Shown: one piece after another, positions 35,211 through 47,849 of the stretch | Layout: every line of letters begins with the position of its first letter | How positions within the stretch are numbered: position 1 is the stretch's first letter | Source: Gracilinanus agilis | Lineage: Eukaryota | Assembly (NCBI RefSeq): GCF_016433145.1 | Contig: NC_058130.1 | Coordinates: 726,185,885 to 726,249,884, forward strand | Direction: 5' to 3' | Length of the DNA stretch: 64,000 nt | Position numbers and translations under genes: made by a program | The notes under the pieces: model-generated | What the model saw: only the letters and a program-made list of their open reading frames with translations | Database searches by the model: none | What the model was told of the DNA's origin: nothing

Positions 35211-36914
35211 TGACATGAAATAAATATTAAAACAAGTATTTTAAGAGGCAGTGCAGAAGACTATGATTTGGAAATCTCAGGATCCAATTCTGACTGATTT
35301 ATTATATGGGCTAGTCCCATTAAATCAGAAAATACCAATGCTTGGAGACTGTCATCTTGTAATTGAGGAAACTGAGGCCCACTAGAGAAAGGAACCTTCT
35401 CAGAGGTGATGCAAGTGTCAGAGCAGGGACTGGCCCCAACCTATACTGCCAAGTCCAAAGGTCCTACTGTGACACACCCTGCCTTCCCCACATTTCCTCT
35501 CATGGCTTAGTTCCTAAGGTGGATGGAAACTGTTAGACCAGATAGCTGCTCTCAGGCCCCTCTGGTTTCAACATTTAAGAATTCAAGGGCTGCCTACAAA
35601 ACCCCACTTCCTAGTTACATGACCCTGGGCAAATTAACCATTGACCTAGCTCTTGCCCTTTTCTCTTAGAGTTGTTACTAGGACAAAAAGTAAGGGTTTA
35701 AAAAACAAAACAAAAAACCAGTTCTAGCATCTCAAAAGTACCACCTCCATCCTCTCCATACCATCCCTTCTCTTATCAAACAGCAAACAAAGAAACAAGT
35801 CTGACAACCAATGACTAGCCAATTAAAGTCTCCCAGAGTCATCCTAACAATTAGATCACCTGACTAATCTTCTCAGGAAGGCAAGCAGCACTCTAAAAGC
35901 ATGAAACTGGGCTCCTTTTGAGGAGAGGCTAATTCTGAAATCACCTTTTTTAAAGACAAACATGATAATGGAAGTCTCAGTCAAGTGTCACCAGGGCCAG
36001 CTCACTAACGCCCTTTGCCAAAAAGGGAAGGCTGAGTGCCAAAAGGGGCACTTATCTATGTGAGGAGCAAAGAGAGATGTGGTAAACAGGAGATTACCCA
36101 TTCATCCCCAAGGTCCTAATCTGAATTTTCTGCCTAGGGCTAAAGGGTTTATCTAATCTATCAGTTTACAGAGAAGGAAACTGAGGCCCTAAAAGGTGAA
36201 GGGACTAGTCCAAAGTCATCAAGGAAATAGGCTGATTTTGCAATTCTCTTCAGGTCTAGGTTAATGTCCCACCTTAGCAAGAAGCCTCTTCCAGGCCTCC
36301 TAAATCTTGGTGCCTTCCCCCTGCAATGATTATCCTGTCCATATGTTCTTTGTACATAGATGTTTGCAAATTGTCTTTCCCCTTAAACCATGATCTCCTA
36401 AAGAGAAGAGTCTGGTTTTTTAACACTCTTTAGTATCCCCATGGTTTAGCACAGGGTCTACACATGGTTATCGTTTACTAAATGCTTCCAGACTGACAGG
36501 GTGAAGTAGTGAAACTAGGTAATTCAAATTCAGCCTTCTTCTCATCTGTAAAATGAATGGGTTGGACTCAACAGTATACCACTCTTCCCCTCATAATCCA
36601 ATGGTTCTCTGAGGTAAGTCAGTCTACTTTCCTGGGGCTGAACCCCACCCTCAGCCATACTGTCTTACTCCAAAGGAAGCTTCAGACTGAATGTGGAGGT
36701 AGGTCCTTAAAAGTTGTAGAATATCAAGAGTTGGAAGGGACCTCTGAAAGCAGAGGGAACAACCCCTATCTGAAGTAGGAACAGCTTTTATCATATCCCC
36801 AACAAGGGGAAATCCAGTCTTTGCACAAATACTTCCATAAACAAGCAATTTATTGGCTATAAAACCAATCTTCCATTTTCAGATGGCTTGAATTGTTAAT
36901 AACTTCTCCCCTAG

Positions 36915-37140
36915 GCAGCTTGGTGACCCAGTGGAAAGAGCACGGGGACTAAAGTCAGGAAGACCTGAGTTTAAATTCCGTTTCAGACACTTAATAACTG
37001 TATGATCTACAGGGCAGCTAATTTAACTTCTGCCTGCCTTGGTTCTTTCTGTAAAATGGGAAAAAATAATAGCCCTTTGCTCCTGGGGTTGTTGTGAGGA
37101 TCAAATGAGATCATGTTTGCAAAGTGCCTGGCAAATAACA
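36915..37140 (+). mobile_element. MIR-like CORE-SINE
   Basis: GGCAGCTTGGTG head, CTGTAAAATGGG...ATAATA core, GTGAGGATCAAATGAGAT MIR tail. Confidence 0.7.
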
Positions 37141-40100
37141 GGAACTTAATGTTTGTTCCTTTCCAACCTCCCCATACTAATCTGAAAATTGATGCCTTTG
37201 GATGAGCTCAAAATTCTCCAGGAAAAACCCTATCCTAAATGACAGAAAAATTGGCTTTGGTAAAAGAAACCAGGGCACAGGGATATTCTGTGCAAAGGGA
37301 ATTTCATCCCTTCCCCCTCGTGGACTGTTGACTTACTTTCTGCATCCCATTTTTCATGCCTGCATTTTGTGACATAGGGGCAGAGGGAATGTTGGTACTG
37401 CCCACACTCTCTCTATTCCCTTGGACAGTGGCAGCTCCGTAAGCTGAGAACCAATGCTGGTGGACCAACCACATGGTTAGGGAATTAGGCTAGAAAATAG
37501 ACTTTAAACCTCTACCTATCTGCTTTATTTCAAATGATTACTAATAAACTATGGAAAATAAGAACCTGGAGTTATTAATTTAAATCTAATTATTCCAAAT
37601 CAAAATTACTAAGGAGGAGTAAGGAGGAACCCTTACTCTGCTTGAATGCTTACAAAGTGATAGCCTTGAGTCAATTAAAAATAGGTATGATGTTCCTACA
37701 ACAACAGTACAGAAACAAGTTCCTGACCTGAAAGAGTTTCCAATCTACTGTGCATTACATTCCCTTCCATAATCTCATGAGCTAGGTAGAATATTATTAT
37801 CATCACTTTACAAATAACTGAAGTAATTACAGAGAGTCCAGAGGAAGGTTTTGTTAGACCTGCAAGGGATGTCAAAGGACTTCTAGTTCAAACCTCTGAT
37901 TTTATAGATGAGGAATCTGTGATCCATGGAAGTGAAGTGATTTGCTTAAATTTACATGGCACCAGGGGTGAGATTTGAACCCAGCACCAATGACTCTAGA
38001 ATTAAGGCTCTATCCAATGGACCATACTAATCCTAGACAGCCAAATACTTCTGTCCTTCTTTGTGGAAATCAGTACTTAGCTGCAGGGCCAGATACTGTA
38101 GACACTGACCCAAAGGGCCCCTCCTCACCTCTGTGGACAGCATCTACCTACCAACCAGTTTATCCTGCAGCCCATGGCCAGATACCTACTCAAAGTCAAG
38201 ACTGGGAGGTTTGGACCTACCAAGTCTTCTGTCTCCAAGTCTAGTACTCATCCTACCTTCTCAGAGCCCCTCTCTAACAAACTGATACATGATGGTAAAT
38301 GCTAAGCAATGAAGCCAAAGAAGAGGCTATTGGGGACCCAAATTGAAGGTGGATGTGTTTCAGAAGAATTTCTATCAGGAAGTTTGTTGGGTCAGCTTTA
38401 CTGGGGCACCCTGGGATTGGCCAGTATGGCCAGTGCTAGTGGAACAAAGACAATCTAATAAAAGTCCCTCAAAGTACTACCTAAGAAACTTTGCAAAACT
38501 TCCTTTTCTTGTGCCAAAAGCTATCCATCCCATTAAAACAAAGCCCCACTGAACATGGTGCAGGTTCTGTGGGCTGTCCTGGGGTGGAATATCCTTCATA
38601 TTCTTCTGAACAACAACAGCATGCCAAGAAATGGGGCTCAGGGAGGCAACCACATTACCTTGGTCCAAGCTGAGAAAGCTGCAAGCAGGCTGTGGGTTAC
38701 CCTCCTCTCCATTCCCATCACTCATAAAGCTCTGGAGATGAGAAGCAGTCAGAAAGCACAAACCATGCAGGTTCAATCTCAGTGCCAGGCCGGGGCCTGA
38801 CCTGCAACTCTATTGCAGCTGCTACTCTTGCTGTAACCAATAAAGGGGCAGCAAAGGGGAAAAAAAAAAAAACTTGCTTTTTCTCTGCCTCTGGCAAGCT
38901 GCCACAAGAGATGTCTGTCTTCCCGTCAGGAGGGCTGGCCATCCGAGAACTCAAGGAGGCCAGCTGTCACAGAGGCTTCTGCCTGGGGGATGGGAGGGAG
39001 TCATCCTCCTTCCCCGGGCCTTTAGGGACAGTGAGGAAACAAGACTTCTTGGACCACAAAGTCTGAGGCTTCTCAGATCCAGTTCTTGGGATGCTTTTCC
39101 TGACAGAATCACAGAATTCTGGAGTTGAAAAGGCCCCCAGAGACCATCTAGATCAATTCAGATATGAAATTGTTCCCCTCTACAGCTCAGCTAGTTTTTG
39201 CCTGAGGACCTCCAAAGAGGCCCAAAGAGGCCAGGAATCCTCAGGTTACTTACTGATAACATCAATGTCAATGATATGGTTCAGAGTACTGTTTCCTAGA
39301 TGAGTACATGACTTTAAGGCAGGAGAAGAAAACCTTTTCATTAATTTCTTATCTGAAATGGAAATAATCTTCCTGAGAATTTGAGGTTGGTGTTTTGAAA
39401 TATGTTTTAGGGGCATCAGGGTGTAGAGGAAGGAGCACTGGCCTGCATTCAGAATTTGGAGATAGTATTTACCATCTGGGAGACCTGGAGCAAGCCAACA
39501 AACATCTAAGATGTTACCTCATTCATAAAACCAAAAAGTAAAATAATACTTAAAGCTACCTAGCTCAAAGAACTATTATAAAGAAAGCATTTTGAAAACA
39601 TGGAAGCCCTGTGGAAATGATATTTTGTGTTTTTATTAGATGGTCCACAGAGGCCTATTATGTTTCCCAAAGTCTATGAAATGTTGAGTGCCAAAACCTA
39701 CAAGTTCTAAAGCAATAAATGACCCAGGGCAGTCAGAGATCTACCTTATTTTTTAAAAAAGATCAAAGAAATGAAACTACAATCACAAAATCAAAATCTT
39801 TTCAAATGAGAGGGTATGAAATCTAGCTTCCCTCACAAAGGTCCAGGGAAGGGAAGTGACTTACACAAAGTCACAGGGTAAGTTAGTGGCAGAAGACGAC
39901 TCATTTCTGAGAAAGTTTTCCTGTATTTAGTAATCGTCCTCAGGACTGGGCAGTTTTTTTCTTAAAACCAACTGAAATCTCTCCTGTAACAACCAACCTC
40001 CTTATCTTCTATCATACTCAGGGGGTTCTAGAAAATAACAGTTATATTAAAAGTTAACCAGAGGAAGTTTCTCACAGGAATAGGACTCCTCTCATTCTAC

Positions 40101-40252
40101 ATCTCAGAAGATACAAAGCTCTAGGGAGAGAAAAGTCAGGATAGTAGTGAGAAAACTTGGAAGACTTAGGGGAAGCTTGATCATTGCCTTTGATTTGTTT
40201 TGAAAGGCTTTCCTGGGTAAGAAATAGTAGCTTTGTGTTGCTTGTTCAAGTA

Positions 40253-40310
40253 GGAGGAGGAGGAGGAAGAGGAGGAGGAGGAGGAGTAGCAGCAGTAGCA
40301 GCAGCAGCAG
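40253..40310. repeat. (GGA)n/(GCA)n trinucleotide repeat
   Basis: GGAGGAGGAGGAAGAGGAGGAGGAGGAGTAGCAGCAGTAGCAGCAGCAGCAG. Confidence 0.9.
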
Positions 40311-40374
40311 TTTGCCAGACACTGTGCTGAGGGATTTACAATTTTTAAAATCATTTGATCCTCATAACAATCCT

Positions 40375-40630
40375 GGGAGGCAGGTGTCATTATTATCTCA
40401 AACTTTTTGTTGAGTGATTTTTAGTCATAACTCACTCTTCATGGCCCAAATTCAGGTCTTGGCAAAGATACTGGAATGGAATGATTTACCATTTCCTCCT
40501 CTATTTTACGTTACAGAGGAGGTATTGAAGCAAACAAGGTTATATGATTTTGCCCAAGGTAACATAGCTGGTAAGAGTCTGAAGCTAGATTTGAACTCAT
40601 GAAGAAAAGTCTTCCTGACACCAAGTCTGT
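40375..40630 (-). mobile_element. MAR1/MIR-like SINE(s)
   Basis: GCAAAGATACTGGAATGG...TTTACCATTTCC and GATTTGAACTC reverse-complement motifs. Confidence 0.6.
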
Positions 40631-40859
40631 AATTCTATCTACTAGCTGTCCCTATTTTACAAAGAGAATACTTCTATAGGCAGAGGTTAAGTGATTTGCC
40701 TGGGGTCACATAGCCAGTGTCCGAGATTAGATTTGAACTCATGACTTCCTAAATCAAGAAAAATTCCTAAATCACTGTACCACCTACCTGCCAAAGGAAG
40801 GAATCAGAACCAATCAATCGATATGTGTGTGTGTGTGTGTGTGTGTGTAAAAATTCTTA

Positions 40860-41015
40860 CAGATACTAAGTAAAAATTCTAAGGCAAAAGATTGGTAAGG
40901 GCTTGGCTAAGTGATTTGCCCAGGGTTACACAGCTAGGAAGTATTTGAGGACACATTTGAACCCAGGGCCTCCCATCACTGGACCTCATGTTCTATCCAC
41001 TGAGCCACCTAGCTG
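40860..41015 (-). mobile_element. SINE1-like SINE
   Basis: AAGTGATTTGCCCAGGGTTACACAGC...ATCCACTGAGCCACCTAGCTGC. Confidence 0.75.
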
Positions 41016-41269
41016 CACCTAGTAAGTATTTATTAAGTGTCTACAATGTGTAAGGCATGATAGAAGAGTTAGAGTCAGAAAGATACAAGTGAAATGGTCC
41101 CTGGGGAAGGCACACTAAACCATAGGTGATGGAGATGGGAGAAGGCCTAGCCATTTTGAAAAGCAATTTGGAATCAGACCCCAAAGTCATTAAAATTTAT
41201 GTACTCTGTGATTCAGAGAAGGCACTCCAAGGGGTGAAAGATTAGTAAGTACAAAAAAAACTATCAACA

Positions 41270-42352
41270 ACAGGGGTCTAATTACTCAAATACACAAGGA
41301 GTTAAAGCAATTACATAAAAAATCAAGCCATTCCCCAATTGATAAATGGGCAAGAGACATGAATAGGCAATTTTCAGGTAAAGAAATCAAAAGAATCAAT
41401 AAGCACATGAGAAAGTGTTCCAAATCTCTAATAATTAGAGAAATGCAAATCAAAACAACTCTGAGGTATCACCTCACACCTAGCAGATTGGCTAAAATGA
41501 AAGAAGGGGAGAGTAATGAATGCTGGAGGGGATGTGGCAAAATTGGGACATTAATGCATTGCTGGTGGAGNNNNNNNNNNNNNNNNNNNNNNNNNNNNNN
41601 NNNNNNNNNNNNNNNNNNNNNNNNNNNNNNNNNNNNNNNNNNNNNNNNNNNNNNNNNNNNNNNNNNNNNTGCCCTTTGATCCAGCCATACCATTGCTGGG
41701 TTTGTACCCCAAAGAGATCATAGATAAACAGACTTGTATGAAAATATTTATAGCTGTGCTTTTTGTGGTGGCAACAAATTGGAAAAGGAGGGTATGTCCT
41801 TCAATTGGGGAATGGCTGAACAAACTGTGGTATATGCGGGTGATGGAATACTATTGTGCTAAAAGGAATAATAAACTGGAGGAGTTCCAGGCAAACTGGA
41901 GAGACCTCCGGGAACTGATGCAGAGCGAAAGGAGCAGAGCCAGAAGAACATTGTACACAGAGACTGATATACTGTGGTAAAATCGAATGTAATGGACCTC
42001 TGTACCAGCAGCAATACAATGACCCAGGACAATTCTGAGGGATTTATGGTAAATATGCTACCCACATTCAGAGGAAGGACTGCAGGAGAGGAAACATATA
42101 AGAAAAACAAAAAGCTTGATCGCATGGGTCGGGGTGGACATGATTGAGGGTGTGGACTCAAAACTACCACACCAATGCAACTACCAAGAATTTGGAAATT
42201 GGTCTTGATCAAGGACACATGACAAAACTAGTGGAAATGCGCATAGGCCATGGGTGGGGGGAGTGGAGGGGGGGGGGTGAAGGGGAAAGGAGGAGCATGA
42301 ATCATGTAACCATGTTAAAAATGTATATTAATAAATGTTAAAAAAAAAAAAA
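41270..42352 (+). mobile_element. Relatively young 5'-truncated L1 (ORF2 C-terminus, 3' UTR, polyA), spanning an assembly gap
   Basis: ORFs MNRQFS...MQIKTTLRYHLTP...CWRGCGKIGTLMHCWW and LLGLYPKE...CPSIGEWLNKLWY...MEYY; AATAAA 42330-42335; A13 42340-42352. Confidence 0.95.
41571..41669. other. Assembly gap (99 N)
   Basis: Run of N inside the L1 ORF2. Confidence 1.
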
Positions 42353-42682
42353 GATTAAGTGATTACTCAGGATCCCAAAGCTAGTCTATATCAGAAGGAG
42401 GACTTGAACTCAAGTCTTCCTGATTCCATGGTTAGCTCTCTGGACATTATGCTAGGATGCCTCTCCAAATGTAAATCTTTAAATACAGTTCAGAGGCTTA
42501 ATTGTATTCAAAGATGTTCTATCTTAGGTATTTTTAAAATATTCCATGAATAAAGAGAAAAAAGTAAAGTTAAAAAAAAAACTATCAACAGAAAGCTATT
42601 TTGTAGTAACAAAGATATAGAAACAAAGGTATCTACTAACTGGAGAATTGCTGAACAAATGTGGGGTAAAGAAAGACAAAGA

Positions 42683-43005
42683 GGCAGCTAGGTGGACACT
42701 TCTAGCTTTGTGACTGTGGGCAAGTTTACAATTTCAACTACTTTAGCCATTACTGCTTTTATCCTAGAACTGATATATAGAATCAATTCTAAAACAGAAG
42801 GGGAGGGGAAAGTCAGCTAAGTAGCTCAGTGGATTGAGATCCAGGCCTACAGATAGGAGATCCTGGGTTCAAATTTAAGCTCAGGTACACTTCCTAGCTA
42901 TATCACTCAATCCCCATTGCCTAGTTCTTACCACTCTTCTGCCTTGGAATCAATATACAGTATTGATTCTAAGACAGAAGGTAAGGGTTTAAAAAAAAAA
43001 AAAAA
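42683..43005 (+). mobile_element. Two tandem SINE1-like SINEs (~42683-42810 and ~42812-43005)
   Basis: Two heads (GGCAGCTAGGTGGA; AGCTAAGTAGCTCAGTGGATTGAGA), each with a GAAGG tail. Confidence 0.7.
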
Positions 43006-43034
43006 AACCACAACATTACACAAGAAATTCAAAT

Positions 43035-45990
43035 TTTAGAACCCAGGTGGTGTCAAGATGATAGCTTGGTAGCCACAAAAGCCAAAACCACCCTGACTAT
43101 CCTTCCATAACAATCTTTAAAAAAGTGCTTCAGAAAGATAGGAATTCAAATCCAACAGCAAGACAGGGTCTTGGGGTTCTCCCACTAAACATAACTTGAA
43201 GGGTAGAAAGAGAGAGTCAATTTTTATGGAATAAGGGGGAACTAGAAACAAAACTATACATGGAGGAGTGCTAGCTGAACAACTCCCTCCCTCACCCACA
43301 TACACACCTACCAATCTAGGTTCTGTGATAGAGTGAAGGCTAATTTCAGGATCCCAGGATGGGGGCTACACTAGCAAAAGAGCACCAAAAACCTACCCAT
43401 TGGAATCCCAGGCCCTGATAAGGATGGAAAGTTAAGGGGGGGAGGGGTGCGCCAGTGTCAAGCCTCAGCAGCTGGTTGCATTGAAGACAACCCTAGGGCA
43501 CATTAGCTCACACTGCTTAATACTGTAAACTAGCAGAGGAGAGATAATCAGCAAGCAGCTTATAGAATTCCCAAAAAACCAAAAGGCTGGAAAAATGAAC
43601 AAATAGCAGAAAAAGCATGTATTGCTTGAAAACTTCTATGAGGAAAATGAACAAATAGTGAAACCAACAGAGGATGATGAGATCCAAACCACCACAAGAA
43701 AATCTTCAAAAAACAACAAAACAAAACAAAAACAGGAATTGGTCTCAGGCTATGGAAGAAAAAAAAAGAAATTAAAAAAATCAAATAAGACAGGTATAAG
43801 AAAAATGGGGAAAAAATAACAGCTTAAAAAGCAAAATTGGTCAACTGGGAAAAGTACAAAAATCCAGTGAAGAAAAAAGTTTTAAAAAAGAGAACTGATC
43901 TACTGGAAAAAGAGGCAAAAAAATCTAAGGAAGAAAAGAGTGCCATGAAAAGAACAATGGACCAAATAGAAAAGGAAGATCAAAAGATCATGAAAGACAT
44001 TCATTTAAAAATTAGAATGATTTCATGAGACATCAAGAAAAAATAAAACAAACAAAAAAAGAATGAAAGAATAGAAGAAAATATGAAATATCTCATTGAA
44101 AATACAACTGACCTAGAAAATAGATCTAGGAGAGACAGAATAAGAACTATTGTACTACCTGAAAGACATGACACACACAAAAAAAATCTAGACATTATAA
44201 AAGGGAATTAGTTACTTAAAGAGCTCCACCCTTTAACTCAGTCCCAAACTTGTGAATCCTATGATCAGAGTTTACACCCTCAAAACTCAATCAGCCAGGA
44301 ATCTGTGAACTCTTTTGATGAGTATTCACCCCTCCAGAAGGCCAGAACTGGTTCCCATAAACATTGCTCCCTGGGCAGCGCTAAACAACTCCTTTCCTAG
44401 TTTCTGGAAAGACTAGCTTCCATCTTGGAGGAGGCCACGTGATTACTCACTACTGGCCTTCCTGGTTGAGAACTAATTAATCTCTGCCTGGAGTAAGATA
44501 GGATATATAACTTTTCTATCCCCTTCATATTTCTCTACTTTATTGTTTCCTCTCTATTTTATAAATAAATTTCTGACTTGAGATACAATAAATATTGGCA
44601 ACCACATAATTTCATAAACTTGTTTTCACCTTTACAACATCATATTACAAGAAATTATAGAAGAACATTGCCCTGATATTCTTGAACAAGAGGGTAAAAT
44701 AGACATTGAAATGGTCCACAGATCACCTCCTGCAATAAATACCCAAATAATAGCTCCCAAAATGTTATAGCCAAGTTCAAGAGCTCCCAGGCCAAGGAGC
44801 AAATTCTGCAAGCAGCCAGAAAGAAACAATTTAGATATCATGGAGCCCCAGTAAGTAATACACAGGATCTGGCAGCTTCCACATTGAAGGACCAGAAGGC
44901 TTGGAATATGATATTCTGGAAGGCAAGGGTACTGGGTTTACAACCAAGAATCACCTATCCATCAAAACAGATGATATTCTTTCAGGGAAAAGTATGGTCA
45001 TTTTATAAAATATAAGATTTCCAAGCATTCCTGAAGAAAAGATCAGACTTAAACAAAAAATATGACATCCAAATATAAAATTCAAGAGAAATATAAAAAC
45101 GTAAATAAGGAGAAAAAAATTTAAGGGCTTCAAAAAGATCAAATTATTTATATTCCTATATGGAAAGATGATATCTGTAATTCTTAAAAATTGTCATCAT
45201 TAACACAGTAATTAGAAGAAGTATACATAGAGAATATGGTAGTAAAATGTTTAGGATGATGTAAAAAACAAACAAACAACAAAAAAACACACCTAGGGGT
45301 GAAAAAGAAGATTGTATTAAGGAAATGGGAAGAGGGAAGTAAAATGGGGTAAACTGTATGTATCACATGAGGGGTGGGGAGATGGGGAAGAATAATACCA
45401 TAACAATGGAGGGGAGGATGAGGGCAGTGATGGGAAATACTTAAACCTTACTCTCACTGGAATTGGCTCAGAGAAGGAAGAACAGCTAGATTCATTTGGG
45501 TAGAGAATCCCATCTTCCCCTATAGAGAAGTAGAAGGGTAATAAGAAAAGGGGAGGAGAGTAATATAATATAAGAGAGAGAAAGAAGTTGAGGGGAGATG
45601 TTTAAAAGATCCTATAAAGAAGTAGGAGGGTTATGAATAAGAAGGGTGGTGGTGAGAAGGTGGGGAGTGATAATACAGGAGTACTGGGAAAGAGTGAAAG
45701 GAGAAAGGTCAGGATTAAAAGAGGAAATTTAAATGGAGGGGAATACCCAGATGGTTATCTTAACTGTGAATGTAAATGGGATAAACTCTCCCATAAAACA
45801 GAAGCTGATAGCAGAATGAATTAAAAAACAGAATCCTGTTTTTTATTATCAGAATATGTTGGTAACAAGAAACACATTTAAGACAGGTAGACACACTCAG
45901 GAGTAAAGGTAAGAGACTGCAGCAGACTCTATTGGACTTCAACTGAGACAAAGAAGGCAGGAAAAGTAATCAATCTCAGACAAAATTTTA
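43035..45990 (+). mobile_element. Older L1, 5' part (5' UTR, decayed ORF1, spacer, start of ORF2 endonuclease), split by a solo LTR
   Basis: 44645-44960 translates as QEIIEEHCPDILEQEGKIDIE...AKFKSSQAKEQILQAARKKQFRYHGA...QDLAASTLK...WNMIF...LGLQPRITYP (L1 ORF1 RRM/CTD, one frameshift); 45770-45985 resembles the ORF2 EN start (NVNG..SPIK...QETHL). Confidence 0.88.
44196..44636 (+). mobile_element. Solo LTR (ERV1-like), 441 bp
   Basis: 4-bp TSD ACAT (44192-44195, 44637-44640); ends TATAAAAGGG (decayed TG) and CACCTTTACA form an imperfect inverted pair; AATAAA near the 3' end; removing it restores L1 ORF1 CTAGACAT|CATATTACAAGAA. Confidence 0.82.
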
Positions 45991-46261
45991 GAACTATCTT
46001 TTTTGAAGTGTTTGTTTCAGTTGATTATTGCTAAGTTCAAAATCTATAAAAAAGAAAGTTAATAAGGAACAGATTTCAGTTACAAAATAGAAGAAAACTT
46101 CCTAATAACTGGAACTCCTAAATATGGGTCAAGACCTCTCAATAGTTTCAAACCATGTGAGTAAAGGTAGGATGTTTTAGTAAAGATTGCTATTCTGGTA
46201 TGTTCTCTGACACAAGGTGCCTTTTAATACCGGAAGGATTTCATGATTTAAGAATGACTGG

Positions 46262-46875
46262 GGCAAAGAACTGGAAAAGGAGGGTATGTTCTTCAATTGG
46301 GGAATGGCTGAACAAATTGTGGTATATGCTGGTGATGGAATGCTATTGCGCTCAAAGGAATAATAAACTGGAAAGACCTCCAGGAACTGATGCAGAGCAA
46401 TAGGAGCAGAGCAATAGGAGCAGAGCCAGAAGAACATTGTACACAGAGACTGATATACTATGGTAAAATTAAAATACAATGGACTTCTGTACCAGTAGAA
46501 AGCAATGACACAGGACAGCTCTGAGGGATTTATGGTAAAGAACGCTACCCACATTCAGAGGAAGAACTACAGGAGAGGAAACATATAAGAAAAACAAATG
46601 CTTGAACGCATGGGCTGAGGAGGACATGATTGGGGATGTGGACTCGAAACTACCACATCAATGCAAATATCAACAATTTGGAAATAGGTCTTGAACAAGG
46701 ACACATGTTAAAACCAGTGGAAATGTGCGTTGGCTATGGGGGGGTGGGGTGGGGCAGCAGGGGGGTGGGGTGTGAAGGGGAAAGTAGGAGCTTGAATCAT
46801 GTAACCATGTTAAAAATGAATATTAATAAATGATTTTAAAAAATAAAGCTTGTAATGTTCTCTTTTAAAAAAAAA
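46262..46875 (+). mobile_element. 5'-truncated L1 3' end (ORF2 C-terminus and 3' UTR)
   Basis: AKNWKRRVCSSIGEWLNKLWYMLVMECY; 3' UTR similar to 41980-42340; AATAAA 46825-46830. Confidence 0.92.
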
Positions 46876-47849
46876 GTGACTGGCATATGTTCTGCCCTCT
46901 TGAGAGTATGTAACTCGGACCACCTTTGGGTTAGTTATGTGTCCACAGCAAGCCATAGCTGAAAATGATTAATGGACATAGGAGTCAGAAGCACTGGGTT
47001 CAAATTCCAGGACTCCAACTTACTAAATGTGTCATTATGTGCAAGTCATTGTACTCTTAAAGCCTTAGCTTCATCAGCTGTAAAATAGGGTTTATTAGGC
47101 TTCCTACCTAACAGAGTTATGAAGAACAACTGAGATAAGCAAAAAAAAGCATTTTGCAAAATTAAGAAGTCAATTGATGTTTGCTGTTGGAAACCTGTGG
47201 AAAAATCATCTTATCTCTCTGAACCTATTTCTTACTCTATTCTAACAAAGATGGCACATTCCTGACATAATTCAACAGACACATCTGGAGGTAAGTACTT
47301 TTTGTAAACCTTAAAGTGCTACAGAAATAGGAATTTATTTTTTATTGTTATTGACATCTTTTTCTCATTCTTCTTAATAGGATGAGGAAAAAATTCCTTA
47401 ATTTTCCTAAAATTTTTAATATCTTAAAATTTTATAATTGAAAATGTTTGATTTTGAAAAATCTTTTTTAAATTTTATTTTAGATTTTGTTCTCTTTAAA
47501 TTTTTTCTTTTTTCTGTCTTTAAAAAATACTTTCAATATTTTTCTCATGCTTTTAACTATTTCAGATAAAAATAGTCTTGGAATCATCTCACTAATTGCT
47601 TACTTCCTTGAAAAACTGCCCCCTTCCTAAAAGCATGTTTTCTGTTCTGTTTCATGAAGTAGTGAAAGACTTCAAAGTAATAAGCAACTATAGTAGTATG
47701 GTGAGATTCTGTCAGGGAGGAAGAAAATAAAAGATGGATTAAATTTAGGCTGTTCCAGAACAGTGGTTTCTATTTGAATACTTTGAGGAATCTATGATCT
47801 CATCAATGTGGGCATTCCCTTTAATGGGTAGAGAATCTCACCCAGTGCT

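Noticed and set aside
38477-38776. ORF containing MKDIPPQDSPQNLHHVQ considered as the long-isoform exon 2
   Set aside because: Only superficial resemblance and no splice donor after it.
40104-40390. Poly-Leu, poly-Ser and poly-Cys ORFs resembling signal peptides
   Set aside because: Translations of the (GGA)n/(GCA)n microsatellite.
41359-41980. L1 ORF2-derived ORFs as host genes
   Set aside because: They are fragments of a truncated retrotransposon; the X runs come from the assembly gap.
43560-44195. Lys/Glu-rich ORFs
   Set aside because: Decayed L1 ORF1 coiled-coil region with frameshifts and stops.
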